Shown: positions 23,840 through 24,000 of the stretch, piece by piece
How positions within the stretch are numbered: position 1 is the first letter of the stretch
Layout of the letters: each line of letters opens with the position of its first letter
Source of the DNA: an uncultured archaeon
GTDB lineage: Archaea; Thermoplasmatota; Penumbrarchaeia; JASLWR01
Direction: 5' to 3'
Length of the DNA: 24,000 nucleotides
Assembly (NCBI GenBank): GCA_964430885.1
Contig: CAYSHM010000029.1
Location: 1-24,000, forward strand
Program-made: the position numbers and the translations under genes
Notes under the pieces: model-generated
The model's database searches: none
Seen by the model: only the letters and a program-made list of their open reading frames with translations
Told to the model about the DNA's origin: nothing

Positions 23840-24000
23840 ATGAAAAAGAAATGGACGGACTACATTACTGCACTGCCGTACAATTCGGTGTTTCTCCATA
23901 GGGATGAGTTTTCTGACAAATACAATATAGAAAAACCGAAACTACCTGCAGCTTATGTCCTCAAAGATGATAAAGTTAAGATATTTCTGTCCAAGAAAGT
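23840..24000 (+). CDS. partial ORF running off the window; start uncertain and the frame is open upstream to 23699
   Basis: From the ATG at 23840 it reads MKKKWTDYITALPYNSVFLHRDEFSDKYNIEKPKLPAAYVLKDDKVKIFLSKK. The same frame upstream encodes ...HKIVSPSTYECNLCSVTYGNLG, giving a CxxC followed about 45 aa later by LPAAYV (Trx-fold-like spacing). There is no ATG, GTG or TTG before 23834. Confidence 0.3.
   Translation, partial: MKKKWTDYITALPYNSVFLHRDEFSDKYNIEKPKLPAAYVLKDDKVKIFLSKK

Overview
The window looks archaeal. It has euryarchaeal-type tRNA-Glu and tRNA-Gln genes with no encoded CCA, AT-rich TATA-like boxes, oligo-T terminators, and ribosome-binding sites matching GGAGGTGATC. It is AT-rich by eye. 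I call about 25 protein genes on both strands and two tRNAs. I found no rRNA, CRISPR array, transposase or integrase. Gene content is mostly housekeeping plus metal and redox homeostasis: a bacterial-type glutaminyl-tRNA synthetase between tRNA-Glu(CUC) and tRNA-Gln(CUG), a PIG-L deacetylase, a CDF exporter, SfsA, a thiol-redox island, MscS, LMW-PTP, CopA, a tubby/LURP-like protein, flavodoxin, a glycogen-synthase-like GT4, an aminotransferase and a ferredoxin. The thiol-redox island has five genes: a Cys-rich 2-TM miniprotein, an exported DsbD-gamma-like thioredoxin, ArsR-Trx, and a divergent PDO-TrxR fusion. The best candidates for something undescribed are listed here. (1) At 22537..23661, an exported superoxide-reductase-like metal domain is fused to a 4-helix module with one His per helix, laid out like a di-haem cytochrome b, and is followed by a ferredoxin with a CxxHxxC motif. 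(2) At 6017..6887, a Cys-rich miniprotein is translationally coupled to a membrane-anchored exported thioredoxin, next to an AhpF-like PDO-TrxR fusion with no peroxiredoxin. (3) A cytoplasmic, very acidic protein with six 37-aa repeats is coupled to an LMW-PTP. (4) A 937-aa surface protein combines LTD, 2xHKD(PLD) and PKD domains. (5) An orphan SPPF-type DNA methyltransferase has motif I before motif IV. (6) GlnRS is present in an archaeal context. Smaller oddities are a partial tRNA-Glu 3-prime duplicate inside a long hairpin, a TATA-hairpin-oligoT candidate sRNA, an in-frame TAA in a DUF1801 gene, and a frameshift-like start-less ORF at the right edge. All functional calls rest on motifs read by eye; no database search was run.
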